From the NCBI GenBank assembly GCA_964614825.1, contig CAZTNB010000001.1, forward strand, positions 338 through 64,337: DNA of 64,000 nucleotides, read 5' to 3'. Both the position numbers and the translations under genes were made by a program. The first letter of the stretch is position 1; each line of letters begins with the position of its first letter. This DNA comes from an uncultured Gammaproteobacteria bacterium (lineage in GTDB: Bacteria; Pseudomonadota; Gammaproteobacteria; Xanthomonadales; Ahniellaceae). Positions 59,826 to 64,000 of the stretch are shown in pieces. The notes under the pieces are model-generated. The model saw only the letters and a program-made list of their open reading frames with translations, was not told the DNA's origin and did no database searches.

Positions 59826-62102
59826 ATGTCGACCCAACCGATGCGCGCGTTGTGTGGCCTCCTGCTGGCGCTGGGCGCGACCGCCGCGCCGGCGCAGCTA
59901 CCGCCCGAACCGTCGGGCCCGCATCCGCGCCTGTTCAACGAACCGGGCGTGCACGAGCGGCTGCAGGCGCTGGCCAAGACCCGCGGCAGCGCGGTGGCGG
60001 GCGCGGTGGCCGATTGCCGCGAGATCGCCGGCGCCCCGGGCCGCTTCGGCCGCGACGGCTACATGGGCCTGGATTGGGCGCGCTCGCTGCAGACCTGCCT
60101 GGTGGCCTGGCGCGCCACCGGCGAGGACAAGCATGCACAGACCGCGCTGGTCTACTTCAAGGCCCTGCTCGACGACCGCACCGAAGTCGGCGACGGCAAG
60201 GGTGGCGACAAGTCCGCCTCGCGCGACAGTGGCTATGCCATCCGCGCGCTGGGGCCGTACACCGCGCTCGCCTACGACTGGCTGCACGATCATCCCTCCG
60301 TGGACGACGCGCTGCGGGCGCGGGCGCGCCAGCGCTTCAAGGCCTGGACCGACTGGTACGTGAAGGAGGGCTACCGCGCCAGCCATCCCGGCAACAACTA
60401 CCACGCCGGCTATGTCGCCGCCGCCACCCTGATGGCGATCGCGCAGGGCGGCGAGGCCGGGCCGGACGGCGCCCGCCTGTGGCGCAAGGTGGTCGAGGAT
60501 GTCTTCGAGGAGCAACTGCTGCCGGCCGCGCGCGATGGCGTGCTGGCGGGCGGCGACTGGGGCGAAGGCTGGCAGTACGCGCCGTTGAGCGTGGCCGAGT
60601 ACGCGCTGTCGGCGCGCGCGGTCGCCGCGCAGGGACTGGACGTGGCGCCGATGGGCCAGTGGCTGGAGGACGTGCTGCTGCGGCATGTCTATGCCATGAC
60701 CCCGACCGGCGAGCGCACCGTGGTCGTGGGCGACACCCAGTCGGAGGTGCCGTACATCCGGGTCAACCGCCTGACCCTCGACGCCGTGGTGCTGGGCCCG
60801 GCGCCGCTGCGGGCGCGGCAGTGGGCGCGCGCCGAGATCGAGCGCATCGGCGACTTCAGCGACGACCTCAAGTACGTGCTGTACGCGGCGCTGGCCGAGG
60901 CCGAGGGCGTCGAGCCGGTGCCGTTCCCGCGCGACGAGGCGCCCAGGGCCTATTTCGCCTCCGGCACCTCGATCCTCTACGCGCGCTCGGGTTGGGACAA
61001 GGGCGCGATCTGGTTCGCGGCGTTCTGCTCGCCGACCATCGACGTCGACCACCTGCCGCCGAACGCCGGCAACTTCGTCCTCTCGCGCGGGCGCGACCAC
61101 GCGATCGTCGATCCCTCGCCCTACGGCAGCCTGTCGAGCCTCACCAGCAACGCGCCCGCGGTCGAGGCGCCGGGACAGCCCGACGGCTACGTGCCGAGCC
61201 AGGCCTTCTGGAGCCGCGACACCGGCTTCCGCTGGAAGCGGACCCTGCCGGGCGGGATGCTGCTGGCGCGCTGCGACTATGCCGACCAGTACCGCTTCCG
61301 CGACGTGCCGAGCCCGATCAAGCTGGCGCGGCGCGACTTCCTGCTGCTGCCTTGGCGCGACTCCGCCGGCGCCGAATCCGCCACCCTGCTGGTGCTCGAC
61401 CGCGCGCGCACGCGCGAGCCCGGCCACGGCCTGCACCTGCGCTTCCGCGCGCCGGTGGAGCTCGACCAGATCGGCAACGGCGGCGCCGGCAAGCTCAAGG
61501 ACAGCCAGGTCTCGATCCTGCGCCTGGCCGGCTCCGGCGGCGATGTCGAGGTCAAGCGCCAGGAGGGCGGCGACTGCTTCGACGACAAGCGCTACACGCG
61601 CGGCAACTGCGACGCGGCCCGCTTCGACATCGGCGAGGTGCGCGTGGTGGTCCCGGGCACCGACGCCGATGCGCTGTTCGAGATCGACGTGGCGCCGATG
61701 ACGACGACCACGCCCAAGGCCAGCGCATTGACCGCGACCGGCGGCCGCGCGTGGCTGCTCGAGCGCGACGGCAAGCGCTACGTGGTGGCCGAAGCCGCCG
61801 GCGACGGCGTGCTGACCTACAGCGCGCCCACGGCGGGCGCCACCCACGTGGTGCTGCCGGCGGCGGACGCCGGCGCCGGCAGCGTGGCGGTCGAAGTGTT
61901 GGCGGCCCTGGACGATTGCCGGGTCAGCGTCGGCGGCGATGCCGGCCGCAAGCTGCCCGGCAGGCCCCTGGTGTTCGCGACCGCCGCCGAATGCGCCGTG
62001 CAGGAGGTGCCCGCCAGCGAGGTGCTGCCCGACGCGCAGGGGATCAGGCGAGCAGGCGCTGCGGCCGCCGGAACAGGTACAGCGCCAGCCGGTCCGGCCT
62101 GA
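59826..62102 (+). CDS. Secreted heparinase II/III-like (alginate-lyase-superfamily) polysaccharide lyase
   Basis: ORF 59322..62102, trimmed to ATG at 59826. Signal peptide MSTQPMRALCGLLLALGATAAPAQ. N-terminal alpha/alpha-toroid-like part, then DVDHLPPNAGNFVLSRGRDHAIVDPSPYG. 758 aa. Confidence 0.7.
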   Translation: MSTQPMRALCGLLLALGATAAPAQLPPEPSGPHPRLFNEPGVHERLQALAKTRGSAVAGAVADCREIAGAPGRFGRDGYMGLDWARSLQTCLVAWRATGEDKHAQTALVYFKALLDDRTEVGDGKGGDKSASRDSGYAIRALGPYTALAYDWLHDHPSVDDALRARARQRFKAWTDWYVKEGYRASHPGNNYHAGYVAAATLMAIAQGGEAGPDGARLWRKVVEDVFEEQLLPAARDGVLAGGDWGEGWQYAPLSVAEYALSARAVAAQGLDVAPMGQWLEDVLLRHVYAMTPTGERTVVVGDTQSEVPYIRVNRLTLDAVVLGPAPLRARQWARAEIERIGDFSDDLKYVLYAALAEAEGVEPVPFPRDEAPRAYFASGTSILYARSGWDKGAIWFAAFCSPTIDVDHLPPNAGNFVLSRGRDHAIVDPSPYGSLSSLTSNAPAVEAPGQPDGYVPSQAFWSRDTGFRWKRTLPGGMLLARCDYADQYRFRDVPSPIKLARRDFLLLPWRDSAGAESATLLVLDRARTREPGHGLHLRFRAPVELDQIGNGGAGKLKDSQVSILRLAGSGGDVEVKRQEGGDCFDDKRYTRGNCDAARFDIGEVRVVVPGTDADALFEIDVAPMTTTTPKASALTATGGRAWLLERDGKRYVVAEAAGDGVLTYSAPTAGATHVVLPAADAGAGSVAVEVLAALDDCRVSVGGDAGRKLPGRPLVFATAAECAVQEVPASEVLPDAQGIRRAGAAAAGTGTAPAGPA

Positions 62103-63063
62103 AGCGGCCGTCGGCATCGGCCACGGCGGCAGTCTCGAAACCGAGCCGGCCGAGCAGCCAGCCCGGGGCCGGCGCGACCGGGTTGAGCGCCGGCACGCTG
62201 GTGAACACCAGCTCGTAGCCGGCCTCGCGCGCGCGCCGCGCGATGTCCAGGTCGTACTTGCCGTGCGGGAACGACATCGTGGCCGGGGCGCTATCCGCGG
62301 GCAGGCGCGCGGCGACCTCGGCCCGCGCGCCCGCCAGCTCCGCCTCCAGGTCATCGGACCGGGTCAGCGGCTCGTGGGTCTTGCCGTGCAGGCCGATCTC
62401 CACCCCGCCATCGCGCAGCTGCCCCAGCTCGGCGGCGCTGACCATGTTGCGCACGCCGTCGTCGAGCCGCGCCCCCAGCCGGGCCAGCACGCGCTCGCGC
62501 TGCGCCAGCGGCACCGACTCGAGTTCGGCGATCAGGCGTCGCAGCGACGCGTTGTCGTTGCCCGCCACCGGCGCCGCCGGATAGCCGCTTTCCACCAGCG
62601 CCTGGCGCAGGTCCTCCACCGGCAGGCTGCCGCGGCGCCAGGCCCCGACGATCTGCTCCTGGTAGAAGGGCTGGCGGCGGTCGACCGCGTCGGCCACCAC
62701 GAACAAGAGCCCCGGCATGCCGGCGGCGCGCAGGCGCGGCAGGGCGAACTCGACGTTGTCGGCCCAGCCGTCGTCGAAGGTGATCAGCAGCGCGCGCGGC
62801 GGCAGCGGCCCGCCGCCGCGCCGCGCCGCCAGCACCTGTGCGGCGGCGACCACGTGGTAGTGGCGGCGGAAGAAGTCCAGGCAGCGCGCGAACAGGTCGG
62901 CGGCCAGGGTGTAGTCGGGATCACAGCCCGCCCAGCGCGGATCGCGGGCGTCGAGCACGCGATGGAACATGATCACGGTGAGCGTCCGCCGGTTCCGCAG
63001 GCGGTGGTACAGCCCGAGCAGGCCGCTACCATAGAGCAGTTTCTTGACCAGATCCGACAGCAT
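62044..63063 (-). CDS. Polysaccharide deacetylase family protein (NodB-homology)
   Basis: ORF 62044..63294, trimmed to ATG at 63063 (upstream ATGs are also possible). LTVIMFHRVLD...ALLITFDDGWADNVEFALPRLRAAGMPGLLFVV...GVEIGLHGKTH. Paralog of 15809..16936. Confidence 0.82.
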   Translation of the reverse strand: MLSDLVKKLLYGSGLLGLYHRLRNRRTLTVIMFHRVLDARDPRWAGCDPDYTLAADLFARCLDFFRRHYHVVAAAQVLAARRGGGPLPPRALLITFDDGWADNVEFALPRLRAAGMPGLLFVVADAVDRRQPFYQEQIVGAWRRGSLPVEDLRQALVESGYPAAPVAGNDNASLRRLIAELESVPLAQRERVLARLGARLDDGVRNMVSAAELGQLRDGGVEIGLHGKTHEPLTRSDDLEAELAGARAEVAARLPADSAPATMSFPHGKYDLDIARRAREAGYELVFTSVPALNPVAPAPGWLLGRLGFETAAVADADGRFRPDRLALYLFRRPQRLLA

Positions 63064-63979
63064 GGCTCGCGACATCGACGTTTCCGCCATCATACCAACC
63101 TGGAACCGGCGCGAGCTGGTGCTGCGCGCGCTCGAAACGGTGCTGGCGCAGACGCTGCAGCCGCAGGAGATCATCGTCGTCGACGACGGCTCCACCGACG
63201 GCACCGGCGCCGCCATCGCGCAGCGCCACGGCGACCGCGTGCGCCACGTGTGGCAGGAGAACGCCGGCGTGTCGGCGGCGCGCAACCGCGGCATGGCGCT
63301 GGCGCGGGGGCGCTACCTGGCGCTGCTCGACAGCGACGACGAATGGCTCCCGGAGAAGACGCGCCTGCAGTTCGAGTTCCTCGAGGCGCGGCCGGACTAC
63401 GGCATGGTCCTGTGCGACGTGGTGCGCATGGATGCCGCGCACCGCGACATCGAGGTATTCCGGCGCCGCGAACTGATCCCCGAGGACGGCAGGGTGCTGC
63501 GCTGGGTGCTGCGCGAGCCGGCGCTGGTGCCGGCGTCGGTCATGCTGCGGCGCGAGGTGCACGCCGGGATCGGCGGCTTCGACACTGCGCTGGCCACGGG
63601 CGAGGACCTCGATTTCCACCTGCGCGTGGCCCGCAGCTGGCCGATCGGCATCGTCGAGCAGCCGCTGGTGCGGGCGATGCGCGGCCACGACGGCCTGTCC
63701 AGCCTGGCCCGCACCTACGACGACTACCTGCGCGTGATCGAGCGCGCGGTGGCGCTGGCCGCGGCCGAAGGCAGCGTGGACCAGGTTGACCGCGACGCCG
63801 CCCTTGCCGGGGCCTACCGCCGCAACGCGCGCGGACTGATCTTCCAGCGCCGCTGGGGCGAGGCGCTGGCGCTCGCGCGCAAGGCCTGGCGCCTGGAGCC
63901 CTCGCGCCGGGGCGAGTTGCTGGCGCTGCTGCCGCTCGCGGGCCGCCGCGCGCTGGGCGCGCTGCTGGGGCGCGGCTGA
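63062..63979 (+). CDS. Glycosyltransferase family 2
   Basis: ORF 63044..63979. Probable ATG at 63062 (MARDIDVSAIIPTWNRRELVLRALETVLAQTLQPQEIIVVDDGSTDGT...ARNRGMALARGRYLALLDSDDEW). Confidence 0.88.
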   Translation: MARDIDVSAIIPTWNRRELVLRALETVLAQTLQPQEIIVVDDGSTDGTGAAIAQRHGDRVRHVWQENAGVSAARNRGMALARGRYLALLDSDDEWLPEKTRLQFEFLEARPDYGMVLCDVVRMDAAHRDIEVFRRRELIPEDGRVLRWVLREPALVPASVMLRREVHAGIGGFDTALATGEDLDFHLRVARSWPIGIVEQPLVRAMRGHDGLSSLARTYDDYLRVIERAVALAAAEGSVDQVDRDAALAGAYRRNARGLIFQRRWGEALALARKAWRLEPSRRGELLALLPLAGRRALGALLGRG

Positions 63980-64000
63980 GCGCCGTTCAGCGCCGGCGCC

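Overview
High-GC chromosome segment. Gene content and order suggest a Xanthomonadales/Lysobacter-like organism, but this is inference only.

Positions 1-15.6 kb are mostly core genes, all on the minus strand:
- a partial CadC/OmpR-type regulator fused to a TolB-like propeller
- proline iminopeptidase, a TonB-dependent receptor and an AraC regulator
- a 446-bp G-rich spacer and tRNA-Pro(GGG)
- the conserved block merR-like / ihfA / pheT / pheS / rplT / rpmI / infC / thrS

Positions 15.8-64 kb form one large accessory glycan (EPS/O-antigen-like) locus containing:
- 5 glycosyltransferases
- 2 paralogous Wzx-like flippases and 1 Wzy/O-antigen-ligase-like protein
- 3 NodB-type deacetylases and 4 putative methyltransferases
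- an acyltransferase-3, an AsnB-like amidotransferase and a Gfo/Idh/MocA-SDR fusion
- a heparinase II/III-like lyase

Three separate carboxylate-activation systems are embedded in this locus:
1. A 4251-aa TE-less hybrid NRPS-PKS-aminotransferase megasynthase (A-T-KS-AT-ACP-AMT-C-A-T-C-A-T). It is translationally coupled to a degenerate alpha/beta-hydrolase-fold protein. Next to it are a Cys-type alpha/beta hydrolase and an Sfp-type PPTase.
2. An ACP / acyl ligase / NadE-like / GNAT-like operon.
3. A PaaK/CapK-like ligase inside the Wzy-Wzx operon.

I saw no transposase, integrase, CRISPR array or rRNA. Most long ORFs in the supplied track are high-GC shadow frames of the real genes. True starts were re-set by hand, and many lie at 4-nt ATGA/GTGA stop/start overlaps. 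All functional calls come from motif recognition by eye; no database search was run.
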